This document shows positions 56,601-64,000 of a stretch of DNA of 64,000 nucleotides, piece by piece. The stretch comes from an uncultured Muribaculaceae bacterium (GTDB lineage: Bacteria; Bacteroidota; Bacteroidia; Bacteroidales; Muribaculaceae): positions 3,062-67,061 of the forward strand of contig CAYMVS010000002.1 in NCBI GenBank assembly GCA_964394205.1. The letters run 5' to 3'. Every line of letters begins with the position of its first letter. Position 1 is the first letter of the stretch. The position numbers and the translations under genes were made by a program. A model generated the notes under the pieces. It was not told where the DNA came from. It saw nothing but the letters and a program-made list of their open reading frames with translations, and ran no database searches.

Positions 56601-58215
56601 TATTGGCCGCGTTGAGATAAAACTGGGTGGAGGGCACACCCGAGGTTATAAGATGCCCGTCGAGGGTCAGGCGGGCGTGTGGATCGTTCAGGTCAAGCGA
56701 AAGGGTGACTTTTTCGTTGGTCGATTTTACGTCAAGGTCAATGTCCGAATAGTTGTAACCTTTAAACCCGAGCGAGGCGATCGATGCTTTGACCGAGCCC
56801 GACGGGTAGGGTCTGTCTCCTTTGAGGTCAACTGTGGCATCCATAGTCACCGACCCCAACCCGGCCGACTGATTGGCGACAAGAGGAGCAAGGTTGAGAT
56901 TATCGATCGAGACTTTTCCGGCAGCCCCCCACTGACGGTGGCCGACCGGCAAAGTCGCCGTGCCGTCAAAATCAATCGTGCCGATAGCCGATGTCATGAC
57001 AATCCCGGCGTCGAGCGACCCGTTGTCATAACGCCCGTCGCCCCTGAGGGTCATGCTGCCCATGGCATTGACCATTTTTGTCACGTTGGGAGCGAGTTTG
57101 ACAAAATTGCCCGCGATTGCCGCAGCCTGTGGAGCGTTGGCCGCCAGGCGAAGATTGGTCACACTGATTGCCAATGGCCTACCCTGCTTTTTGTCAATGC
57201 CTTGCAAAACAGCCTCGTCGGCCTCAACTGACAATTGCCGGGCGGCCATTGATGCCTTGAGATTCCTGATGTCGACTGCTGTGGAGAGAGAACCCGAGGC
57301 CTCGAGTGAAAGAGACAGCTCGTTTTCCAGACCCGCCAACGCCGGCAAAAATGGCGCAAACTCGGAAGGAGTTATTACAGTGCCCTCCTTGATGACAACA
57401 CTGTGGCCGGTCTCCCGCAGAGCCCGTGCTATATCTTTGTATCCATCAAAAGAGACAGCCATGTCGCCCAACAACAAGGTGGAGACTGGTGTTCTGACCG
57501 AAAATCCTTTGACCGTTATTTCCCGATTGGTGATGTGGGCGTCGAGCTGAATGTCGCTCAGCCGCAGGCCTGAGCGCTCGGTGCCCGAGAGCTGCCTGAG
57601 CATGACGGTGAAGTCGTCGTTCTTTATTCTCGGCAACAGGAGGTTCAGGTTCAGATCATTGACCGCCACATGATTGACATCAAAACGGCCCTCGGCAGCC
57701 GCCGGTGCCGACAGCACATCGTAGGTCACGCTCGAGTTGCGTATGAGCAGATGGCCGACCCTGAAATCAAACTGAGTCGGCGGCCGCTTGTCATCTTTTG
57801 GCTGAAGAGCCTTGATGATATGGTCAATGTTGAGCGGCTCGCCCGGTCGCTGACGGTATATACGCGCGTCAAGACCTTGAATCTCGGCGTAATTGATAAT
57901 GATACGACCGGTTTCAAGCAGCGACCTCAGCTCAATGCCGGCATCTATCTTCCTCACTCCCAACGCGGTTTTGTTCATTCGGTCTTTCACAGCGATGTCG
58001 TTGAGCACAAGTCGTGAGGGCAAATAATAAAGCTCGACACTGCCGATGCTGACCTCGGTGTCAAGCAGCTCGGTCAGTTCCTTTTCAGCACGCTCTTTAA
58101 GTTGCCTTTGGACGCCACTGAGCGACAGAAGGATATACAGCGTGGCAGGCAACAGTATGGCTAAAACCAACAGTGTCACCACCACAGACCTGAATATCTT
58201 ATAAAGCAACTTCAT
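53626..58215 (-). CDS. tamB: translocation and assembly module protein TamB-like (AsmA-family, DUF490-type C-terminus)
   Basis: 1529 aa with a single N-terminal TM anchor (VVVTLLVLAILLPATLYILLSL). The body is very long and beta-rich. The C-terminal region is typical of TamB in size and composition. Confidence 0.75.
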   Translation of the reverse strand: MKLLYKIFRSVVVTLLVLAILLPATLYILLSLSGVQRQLKERAEKELTELLDTEVSIGSVELYYLPSRLVLNDIAVKDRMNKTALGVRKIDAGIELRSLLETGRIIINYAEIQGLDARIYRQRPGEPLNIDHIIKALQPKDDKRPPTQFDFRVGHLLIRNSSVTYDVLSAPAAAEGRFDVNHVAVNDLNLNLLLPRIKNDDFTVMLRQLSGTERSGLRLSDIQLDAHITNREITVKGFSVRTPVSTLLLGDMAVSFDGYKDIARALRETGHSVVIKEGTVITPSEFAPFLPALAGLENELSLSLEASGSLSTAVDIRNLKASMAARQLSVEADEAVLQGIDKKQGRPLAISVTNLRLAANAPQAAAIAGNFVKLAPNVTKMVNAMGSMTLRGDGRYDNGSLDAGIVMTSAIGTIDFDGTATLPVGHRQWGAAGKVSIDNLNLAPLVANQSAGLGSVTMDATVDLKGDRPYPSGSVKASIASLGFKGYNYSDIDLDVKSTNEKVTLSLDLNDPHARLTLDGHLITSGVPSTQFYLNAANIDFAALNLSKSLTSHTLSFKCDASLQGTTVNNIDGWLRLNDVKYISNLGKGVDLKQIDIESECSQRAKRITVNSDILEGKVSGSFNLTTVAATARDILGHFIPALVGERDQLAARHEANLENDFNFDFTIKNNSNLERMFKLPFSLMSPVTIKGMLSYPLHTMSLDVDVPYVEQSDKLITGTSLSVNLDGLDNTSSFVVTTNVPTKRGELTLNIDGNAVENRVNTQIDWIVDSKDNFIGDLNFTTSFERKPGEGDKESTLLTRVNVNPGTAVFNDTVWEVAPSAIDIQPGRISVDHFMAYHDKQSITLNGIVANDTTSVLWLALRDIDLDYIFSTLNISDNIMFGGHATGDFYASGLLAGDPRVYTPLLQVNGLSYNHCVMGDGTIRSRWVPSDKSIHIDADIAQADSRHSHIKGLIRPATEELDFHFDADHAQIGFLQPFMAAFCSDIQGEASGNAHLYGTFKLIDMTGDLFADSIKMKLDFTNVYYTASDSVHIRPGRIEFEDIVLSDPYGNTGLLSGWLKHECFKKPVFEFNVRNVDNMLVYDVPPTDQQRWYGRVFGNGNASVTGRPGLVNIGVNMTTAPNSTFTFVLSDAEVANDYTFIAFRDRDKHIKDSIAMADPRLAILKQHEEQVNARKKEIDIPSTYLMKINVNVTPQAKVNLIMDPIGGDEIKATGQGTMTMEYDSSNEDLKMRGTYTLNHGSYNFTLQDIIIKDFTIEPGSSITFNGDPYAAQLNITAAYALNANLTDLDESFAQDKELNRTNVPVHALLIARGDMRQPEISFDLSFPTLTQDTYRKVKSIVSTDEMMNTQIIYLLALNRFYTPDYMASTTKGNELVSVASSTISSQLSSILGNLSDNWSIAPNFRSDRGDFSDVEFDVALSSNLLNNRLLLNGNFGYRDKSLNNNSFIGDFDAEYLLNRSGTVRLKAYNRYNDQNFYVKSALTTQGIGVVFKRDFDNIFSFMRPVRRWLTRKKTEPTDSVTTDSIPTP

Positions 58216-58230
58216 TAAACGCCCGGGCCG

Positions 58231-59595
58231 TTAAGGTCTCACAATCCCGATGGCTTCATCAATGGTGACCACCGACTGGGTGCCGGTTGTCATGTCTTTT
58301 AGTGTCAGCTTGCCCTGAGCCAACTCGCTCTCGCCCACTATAGCGACATAGTGGATGCCCATGGCGTTGGCATAGTTCATCTGCTTCTTCATCTTGGAAG
58401 TGTCGGGATAGATCTCGGCAGAAATGCCGGCAGCCCTCATCTGCTGAAGATATTTCATGGAGCAGACAAGCTCCTCAGGTCCAAGGTTAAGGAAGATTAC
58501 ACGGGAGGCTCCGGTGACCTCATCGGGGTAAAGATCGAGAGCGTTGAGCACATCATAGATACGGTCGGCGCCAAACGAGATTCCGACCCCCGACACGCCG
58601 GGCATGCCAAACACGCCGGTAAGGTTGTCATATCGACCGCCGCCGGTTATGCTGCCTATCTCCACATCGCGCGCTTTGACCTCGATGATGGTGCCGGTGT
58701 AATAGTTCAGGCCTCGGGCCAATGACACGTCGAGCTCAACCATGTCGGCCAGGCCGAGCGCCGACGCTCCCTCAAGCACCTGCTGCAGCTCCCTGACCCC
58801 CTCGGCGCCGGTCGCGCTGTCGGCAAGCAATGCCGACAGCTGCTGCAATCGCTCGGCGGTGGTGCCGGTGATTGTGATGATCGGGGTAAGACGGGCAATA
58901 GCCTCCTGTGACACACCGCGGTCGGCCAACTCCTCATTGACCTTCTCAAGACCGATTTTGTCAATCTTGTCGATGGCGACGGTAATGTCGATTATCTTGT
59001 CGGGCTCACCGATAATCTCGGCGATGCCGGCGAGTACCTTACGGTTATTCAGCTTGATGACCACATTGATTCTCAACCGTTTCATAACCTCGGCGATAAG
59101 CCCGAGCAGCTCAACCTCGTTTACGAGCGAGGTCGACCCGATCACGTCGGCGTCACACTGGTAGAACTCACGGTATCGGCCTCGCTGCGGACGGTCGGCA
59201 CGCCATACCGGTTGCATCTGGTAGCGCTTGAAGGGGAACTGCAGCTCCTGACGGTGCATCACGACAAAACGGGCAAAAGGCACCGTCAGGTCATATCGCA
59301 ACCCTTTCTCACACATCTTTGCCGCCAACGCCGTGCAATTGCCCTCGGTCATCAGCGAAGGGTCGATGCCACGCAAAAAGTTGCCCGAGTCGAGTATCTT
59401 GAAAAGAAGCTTGTCACCCTCCTCGCCATATTTTCCCATCAGTGTCGACAGGTTTTCCATCGAAGGGGTCTCGATCGGTTGAAAGCCGTAAAGACGGAAC
59501 ACGCTGCGTATCGTGTCAAATATATAGTTGCGTTTAGCCATCTGGGCCGGCGTGAAATCGCGCGTCCCCTTGGGTATTGAAGGTTTAAAACTCAT
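58231..59595 (-). CDS. hisS: histidine--tRNA ligase
   Basis: KGTRDFTP, class II motifs including RYREFYQCD and GGGRYDNL, and a C-terminal anticodon-binding domain. Confidence 0.93.
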   Translation of the reverse strand: MSFKPSIPKGTRDFTPAQMAKRNYIFDTIRSVFRLYGFQPIETPSMENLSTLMGKYGEEGDKLLFKILDSGNFLRGIDPSLMTEGNCTALAAKMCEKGLRYDLTVPFARFVVMHRQELQFPFKRYQMQPVWRADRPQRGRYREFYQCDADVIGSTSLVNEVELLGLIAEVMKRLRINVVIKLNNRKVLAGIAEIIGEPDKIIDITVAIDKIDKIGLEKVNEELADRGVSQEAIARLTPIITITGTTAERLQQLSALLADSATGAEGVRELQQVLEGASALGLADMVELDVSLARGLNYYTGTIIEVKARDVEIGSITGGGRYDNLTGVFGMPGVSGVGISFGADRIYDVLNALDLYPDEVTGASRVIFLNLGPEELVCSMKYLQQMRAAGISAEIYPDTSKMKKQMNYANAMGIHYVAIVGESELAQGKLTLKDMTTGTQSVVTIDEAIGIVRP

Positions 59596-59624
59596 TGATT
59601 TTGTACTATTGGTTTATTAAGGTG

Positions 59625-59632
59625 CAAAAATA
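59625..59632 (-). promoter_or_regulatory. -7 promoter box (TATTTTTG) for hisS(-tamB-agcS)
   Basis: caaaaata on the plus strand is TATTTTTG on the minus strand, about 30 nt upstream of the hisS ATG. Confidence 0.4.
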
Positions 59633-59644
59633 CATAATTTTTTA

Positions 59645-59652
59645 TAATTTTG
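59645..59652 (+). promoter_or_regulatory. -7 promoter box (TAATTTTG) for the glmU-like gene
   Basis: TAnnTTTG match 26 nt upstream of the ATG at 59678. Confidence 0.45.
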
Positions 59653-59677
59653 TCGATAAATATACCTAAAGAAGATT

Positions 59678-60862
59678 ATGAACAAAACAATTTTGCTGTT
59701 TGACGACAAAGAGACCCGCGACAACCTTCTCCCCATCACCCTCACCCGCCCCGTTGCCGAGATACGTGTCGGCATCGACACCATTTCCCAAAAGTGGGCG
59801 CGGGCTCTCGATGCCACCTGTGTGAGACATTTAACCGAAGACTATCTGTCGCCCAAATACCCCGCCATCCCCCCGGCCGACCAAGCCGTCATGGTTGCCG
59901 GTCACCTGTTCCCCACCCCGGCCCTGACCTCAGCTATCAAGGCCCTTGAGCCGGGACAGGCGCTGACCGCCAACGGCAAAGTGATTGCCTGTCACGGGCG
60001 TCTTGCCGACCTTGTCAACGGCGACTTCAGCAAAAAGACACCCGTCGAGCCCGAGGCGGTCGACGGTATATTCATGCTCTATGACATCTTTTTGAAAAAC
60101 GGAGAGCAGATTGTCGCCGACTTTCCTGCCGCGACAGCCGTGGCCGGCAAAGAGTTGTCACCCTCGTGCACACTTATCGGTCATGCCGACCGGCTCTATA
60201 TCCACCCGTCGGCAAAAGTTGAGGGCGCCGTCATCAACACCACAGGGGGGCCGGTCTACATAGGCCCCGAGGCCGAGGTGATGGAGGGATGTTGCCTCAG
60301 AGGGCCCATTGCCATCTGCCGTCACTCCACCGCCAATATGGGCACCAAGATTTACGGCCAAACCACCATCGGGCCGTGGTGCAAGGTTGGCGGAGAGCTC
60401 AACAACGTGGTCATGATAGGATACTCCAACAAGGCCCACGACGGCTTTTTGGGTAACGCCGTGATTGGCGAGTGGTGCAATCTCGGCGCGGGATGTGTAG
60501 CCTCAAACCTCAAGAACGACTACACCCTCATAAAGCTTTGGAACTATCCCGCCCACCGTTTTCTCAAGACCGACCTCCAGTTTTGCGGCCTCATCATGGG
60601 TGACCACTCAAAAGCGGGCATCAACACGATGTTTAACACGGCCACGGTGGTTGGCGTGGGGTGCAACATTCATGGAGCCGGCTTCCCGCGCAACTTCATC
60701 CCATCGTTCAGCGAGGGCTCGACAGCCGGGTTTACCGACGTGTCGATGACCAAGTTTTTCCAGATAGCGGCCCGCGTGATGTCCAGGCGTGGCGTTGAGC
60801 TCACGACTGCCGACGAGAAGATGTTCTATGCCATCCGCGACTTTGCCGACTCTTATAAATAA
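59678..60862 (+). CDS. GlmU-like sugar nucleotidyltransferase / left-handed beta-helix (hexapeptide) protein
   Basis: N-terminus ILLFDDKETRDNLLPITLTRPVAEIRVGI. The C-terminal half has hexapeptide-repeat character (IGPWCKVGGELNNVVMIGYSNKAHDGFLGNAVIGEWCNLGAG). Confidence 0.65.
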   Translation: MNKTILLFDDKETRDNLLPITLTRPVAEIRVGIDTISQKWARALDATCVRHLTEDYLSPKYPAIPPADQAVMVAGHLFPTPALTSAIKALEPGQALTANGKVIACHGRLADLVNGDFSKKTPVEPEAVDGIFMLYDIFLKNGEQIVADFPAATAVAGKELSPSCTLIGHADRLYIHPSAKVEGAVINTTGGPVYIGPEAEVMEGCCLRGPIAICRHSTANMGTKIYGQTTIGPWCKVGGELNNVVMIGYSNKAHDGFLGNAVIGEWCNLGAGCVASNLKNDYTLIKLWNYPAHRFLKTDLQFCGLIMGDHSKAGINTMFNTATVVGVGCNIHGAGFPRNFIPSFSEGSTAGFTDVSMTKFFQIAARVMSRRGVELTTADEKMFYAIRDFADSYK

Positions 60863-60877
60863 CCCGCCACCACCTCG

Positions 60878-62107
60878 ATGAAAACAGTCAACTTTATCCT
60901 GCTCCTTTTTGTTTCAGCAATCGCGGGCCACTCGGCTCATGCAGCCACCAAAGCATCCCCCTTTGTGACCCCCGAGGGTCGGTACATCGTGTCATTGACA
61001 ACCACAACCTCCATCAGGCCGGTGTTGAACTTTGAGAGAACCTTGGCCGGACTTTTCAAGTCGACATCTCTGGTTGACGAGCCGGATCCCCTTTCAAGCA
61101 AAGAGATTCTGGCTTTGTGCCCCAAAGAGTCAAAGCTGCTCTACACCAACGGTGAAGGCTTATTTGAGGCATACGTTATAAAGGATTTTCTAAAGGTGTT
61201 GAAGAAAGACAAGTCGCTTGTCAATGTCGACAACTATGAGTATGACCGAATCAAGTCAAACTACAAGACGAGGCTGCGCGCTCGGATCGACCGTCTTAAC
61301 ACAGAGAGAGAGCTGTTTGTGAGAGACTCTACAGCCGAGGCCGCCCGCCTTGAGGCTATCAGGCTCGAGGAGCAACGCCAACAAGAGCGGCTTGACCAAC
61401 TCGATGCCTATCGTAAACTCCACGCTCACGACTGGCGGCACATCCCCTCGGGCAATAATTTCAAACTGAGGTGTGAGGTTTGTGAGGATGAATTTTTGCT
61501 TGACTCGGCTACAATCCTCAAGATGTCTGAAAAACACTGGCGTTTCAGCGTCAACGACACGGTTTTCAATTTTTTTCACATCGCTAACATACCGCCGGCA
61601 ACCAGGCAGCCCAAGGAGATGAAATATCACCTTGAGGCATTTGCCGACAGCATCGCCTCCGTGTCCCAGCCCGATACTGTCGCTGATTTTAATCTTGACA
61701 GCCTGCACCGGCAACACATGGCACAGATTGACTCAGTGACCGACCATTACAACAAATTGTTGTCACAACGATACCCCAATGGCTACATCAAAGACTGGAG
61801 TTGGGATGAAGACTACGGCAACGTCTCCATAATGGTAAGTTTCAACAACACATGCAAAAAGACAATCAAATATATAACGGTGTTTTTCAAGATTTTCAAC
61901 GATGTTGACGACTTGCGTTGCAGCGGCAGTGTGAGAGGCACCGGCCCTGTCGCACCCTTCGATTACGGCCTGTGGGAATGGGACTCGACAAGATATTGGG
62001 TGTCAAACGATGCCACCTCGATGAGAATCTACAAAGTGTTGATAAACTACATGGACGGCACTTCAAAAACCCTCTCAGGCAAATCATTAGCCATCTTCAG
62101 GGAATGA
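60878..62107 (+). CDS. secreted hypothetical protein
   Basis: Signal peptide MKTVNFILLLFVSAIAGHSAHA. A central coiled-coil segment (RLEAIRLEEQRQQERLDQLDAYRKL) and a Trp/Cys-containing C-terminal domain. I recognise no family. Confidence 0.55.
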   Translation: MKTVNFILLLFVSAIAGHSAHAATKASPFVTPEGRYIVSLTTTTSIRPVLNFERTLAGLFKSTSLVDEPDPLSSKEILALCPKESKLLYTNGEGLFEAYVIKDFLKVLKKDKSLVNVDNYEYDRIKSNYKTRLRARIDRLNTERELFVRDSTAEAARLEAIRLEEQRQQERLDQLDAYRKLHAHDWRHIPSGNNFKLRCEVCEDEFLLDSATILKMSEKHWRFSVNDTVFNFFHIANIPPATRQPKEMKYHLEAFADSIASVSQPDTVADFNLDSLHRQHMAQIDSVTDHYNKLLSQRYPNGYIKDWSWDEDYGNVSIMVSFNNTCKKTIKYITVFFKIFNDVDDLRCSGSVRGTGPVAPFDYGLWEWDSTRYWVSNDATSMRIYKVLINYMDGTSKTLSGKSLAIFRE

Positions 62108-62111
62108 GATT

Positions 62112-62150
62112 ACGACAGCCGGGGCCCGATAATGGGGTCCCGGCTGTCGT
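62112..62150. terminator. hairpin between convergent genes (possible bidirectional terminator; weak T-tract)
   Basis: acgacagccggg (62112-62123) / cccggctgtcgt (62139-62150). There is no clear U-run on either side. Confidence 0.45.
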
Positions 62151-62172
62151 TATAGGTGATGAGGTCAATTGT

Positions 62173-63468
62173 TTACTTGGCTATGAGCAGGTAGTAGTTT
62201 TTCTTACCACGCTGCACAAGGATATACTTGTCGTTGAGCAACATATCGGTTGAAACTGCCATATAAGGATCGGCCACTTTCTCTTTGTTTACCGACACGC
62301 CGCCCCCCTGGGTCATCTTGCGCATCTCCCCTTTTGAGGGGAACACGGCGGCCTTGTCGACAAGCAGGTCGGCAAGCTTGATGCCGGCCTCGATGTCGGC
62401 ACGGCTCACCTCAAAGGTGGGCACACCCTCCATCACGGCGAGCAGTGTCGCCTCGTCGATTTTGTGGAGTATCTCGCCGGCCTTGTTGCTGAAAAGTATC
62501 TGTGACGCCTCGACGGCTGCCTCATAGTCTTCGGCCGAATGAACCATCGTGGTAATCTCTTTGGCAAGACGGCGCTGAAGGGGGCGCTGACCCGGGTCGG
62601 CCTGCTGCTCCTTTATCAACTGCTCGATCTCCTCGCGGGTAAGCTCGGTGAAAATCTTGATATATTTCTCGGCATCGGCATCGCTGACGTTGAGCCAGAA
62701 CTGATAGAACTTGTAGGGCGATGTGTAACGCGCGTCAAGCCACACGTTGCCGCTCTCTGTTTTGCCAAACTTGCCGCCATCGGCTTTGGTGATGAGCGGG
62801 CAGGTGAGCGCAAACACCTGATCCTCACCATCCATGCGGCGTATCAGCTCGGTGCCGGTTGTCATGTTGCCCCATTGGTCCGAACCTCCAAGCTGCAGGC
62901 GACACCCTTTGGTGCGGTAGAGATTCAGGAAGTCATATCCTTGGAGCAACTGGTAGGAGAACTCGGTGAACGACATTCCCTCGCGGCTGTCGCCCGACAG
63001 ACGCTTTTTCACCGAGTCTTTGGCCATCATATAGTTGACGGTGATGTGCTTGCCGACATCGCGGATGAAGTCCAGAAACCCGAAGTCTTTCATCCAGTCA
63101 TAGTTGTTGACAAGCTCGGCGGCATTGGGAGCATCCGAATCAAAGTCAAGGAATTTTGAAAGCTGACGCTTGATGGCCTCCTGATTGTGACGCAGGGTCT
63201 TCTCGTCAATCAGCTTGCGCTCCTGACTTTTCATCGACGGGTCGCCAATCATGCCTGTGGCGCCGCCAATCAGCGCGATGGGCTTGTGACCCGAGCGCTG
63301 CAAGTGTTTGAGCATCATCACCCCGACAAGGTGACCGATGTGTAGCGAGTCGGCCGTCGGGTCGATACCCAGATAGGCCGTTGTCATCTCTTTATTTAGT
63401 TGATCCTCAGTGCCGGGCATCATCTGGTGGATCATGCCGCGCCATGTTAATTCTTCTACAAAATTCAT
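62173..63468 (-). CDS. tyrS: tyrosine--tRNA ligase
   Basis: HIGH motif (SLHIGHLV), KMSKS-type KFGKT, and a C-terminal S4-like domain. 431 aa. Confidence 0.93.
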   Translation of the reverse strand: MNFVEELTWRGMIHQMMPGTEDQLNKEMTTAYLGIDPTADSLHIGHLVGVMMLKHLQRSGHKPIALIGGATGMIGDPSMKSQERKLIDEKTLRHNQEAIKRQLSKFLDFDSDAPNAAELVNNYDWMKDFGFLDFIRDVGKHITVNYMMAKDSVKKRLSGDSREGMSFTEFSYQLLQGYDFLNLYRTKGCRLQLGGSDQWGNMTTGTELIRRMDGEDQVFALTCPLITKADGGKFGKTESGNVWLDARYTSPYKFYQFWLNVSDADAEKYIKIFTELTREEIEQLIKEQQADPGQRPLQRRLAKEITTMVHSAEDYEAAVEASQILFSNKAGEILHKIDEATLLAVMEGVPTFEVSRADIEAGIKLADLLVDKAAVFPSKGEMRKMTQGGGVSVNKEKVADPYMAVSTDMLLNDKYILVQRGKKNYYLLIAK

Positions 63469-63487
63469 TGTTATAGTGATGGTATGG

Positions 63488-64000
63488 TTAATTCAGTTTT
63501 GAAAGCCCGTCGGCGATACGCCTGATGGCCTCGCGTAGGCTGTCATCGTCGGTCGCATAGCTCAGACGGATATATCCCGGGCAACAGAACGCAGCTCCGT
63601 CGACCACAGCCACATGTGCCGACTCAAGCAGGTACATCGCCAGGTCGCCCGAAGTGGCAATCACCTTTCCGTCGGGTGTTTTGCGGCCTATAAAGGCTGT
63701 CACTTTGGGGAAAAGATAGAAAGCGCCCTGCGGCTCATTCACCTCCAAGCCGGGTATCTTCTTTGCCAGATCGACCACCAGGTCGCGGCGACGGCAAAAG
63801 GCTTCTCTCATGCTTGCCACACACTCCTGGGGGCCGTTATAGGCAGCCTCGGCAGCCTTCTGGGCTATTGACGAGGGGCCCGAGGTGTACTGGCTCTGGA
63901 GTTTTGACACAGCCTTGGCCACGGCTGCCGGTCCGGCCATGTAGCCGATGCGCCATCCGGTCATGGCGTAGGCTTTTGACACACCGTTGATCACGACCAC
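63488..64000 (-). CDS. pyridoxal-phosphate-dependent aminotransferase (class I, aspartate aminotransferase-like); N-terminus lies right of the window
   Basis: The PLP-lysine context [16 protein letters not shown] sits at the window edge. The ORF runs to nt 64000 without a genuine start, so it is 5'-partial. It lies 19 nt upstream of tyrS on the same strand. Confidence 0.8.
   Translation of the reverse strand: MVVINGVSKAYAMTGWRIGYMAGPAAVAKAVSKLQSQYTSGPSSIAQKAAEAAYNGPQECVASMREAFCRRRDLVVDLAKKIPGLEVNEPQGAFYLFPKVTAFIGRKTPDGKVIATSGDLAMYLLESAHVAVVDGAAFCCPGYIRLSYATDDDSLREAIRRIADGLSKLN

Noticed and set aside
1-64000. Looked for CRISPR arrays, rRNA or tRNA genes, prophage or defence islands, and long DNA-level repeats
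   Set aside because: I found no regularly spaced direct repeats, no rRNA- or tRNA-like sequences in any intergenic gap (most are under 110 nt), and no nuclease, reverse-transcriptase or methylase gene sets. The only repeats are protein-level duplications inside two genes.

Overview
This window is a chromosomal, mostly housekeeping segment of a Bacteroidota (Bacteroidales-like) genome. It holds about 50 protein genes. I saw no rRNA, tRNA, CRISPR, transposase, integrase or defence genes. The taxon call is an inference from five signals: many TAnnTTTG '-7' promoter boxes directly upstream of genes, a T9SS C-terminal sorting domain, a DUF3575-type barrel, a CarboxypepD_reg-type TonB-dependent receptor, and an S16 protein with a long Ala/Lys/Glu tail.

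Recognisable blocks, left to right:
- a 5'-partial glycosidase-like gene
- TetR-fabG, divergent from PBP4
- rsmI
- a complete Na+-NQR operon nqrABCDEF (minus strand, 7370-13273)
- an orphan TonB-dependent receptor
- HAD-HAD-gmd-fcl (GDP-fucose synthesis)
- mutS2
- a Crp/Fnr regulator convergent with a menD-menB-menC-menE menaquinone operon
- a T9SS-sorted surface protein
- rpsP
- a membrane-spanning HTH regulator
- speA-truA
- folP-cdaA-uvrD-nspC-GT2
- hisS-tamB-agcS
- a glmU-like gene, tyrS, and a partial aminotransferase

The most unusual content is a tight three-gene envelope operon at about 31.9-36.9 kb. Gene 1 is a DUF3575-like small barrel. Gene 2 combines CarboxypepD_reg-like, OmpA-like and helical/TPR-like regions. 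Gene 3 is a 759-aa protein built from four tandem beta-barrel-like modules of about 160 aa. The operon is transcribed divergently from the T9SS cargo gene and contains no pilin genes, which normally follow DUF3575-type gene pairs.

All family names come from motif recognition by eye; no database search was possible. Several ORF-track N-termini start at TTG or GTG and were trimmed to the ATG that follows a promoter box.
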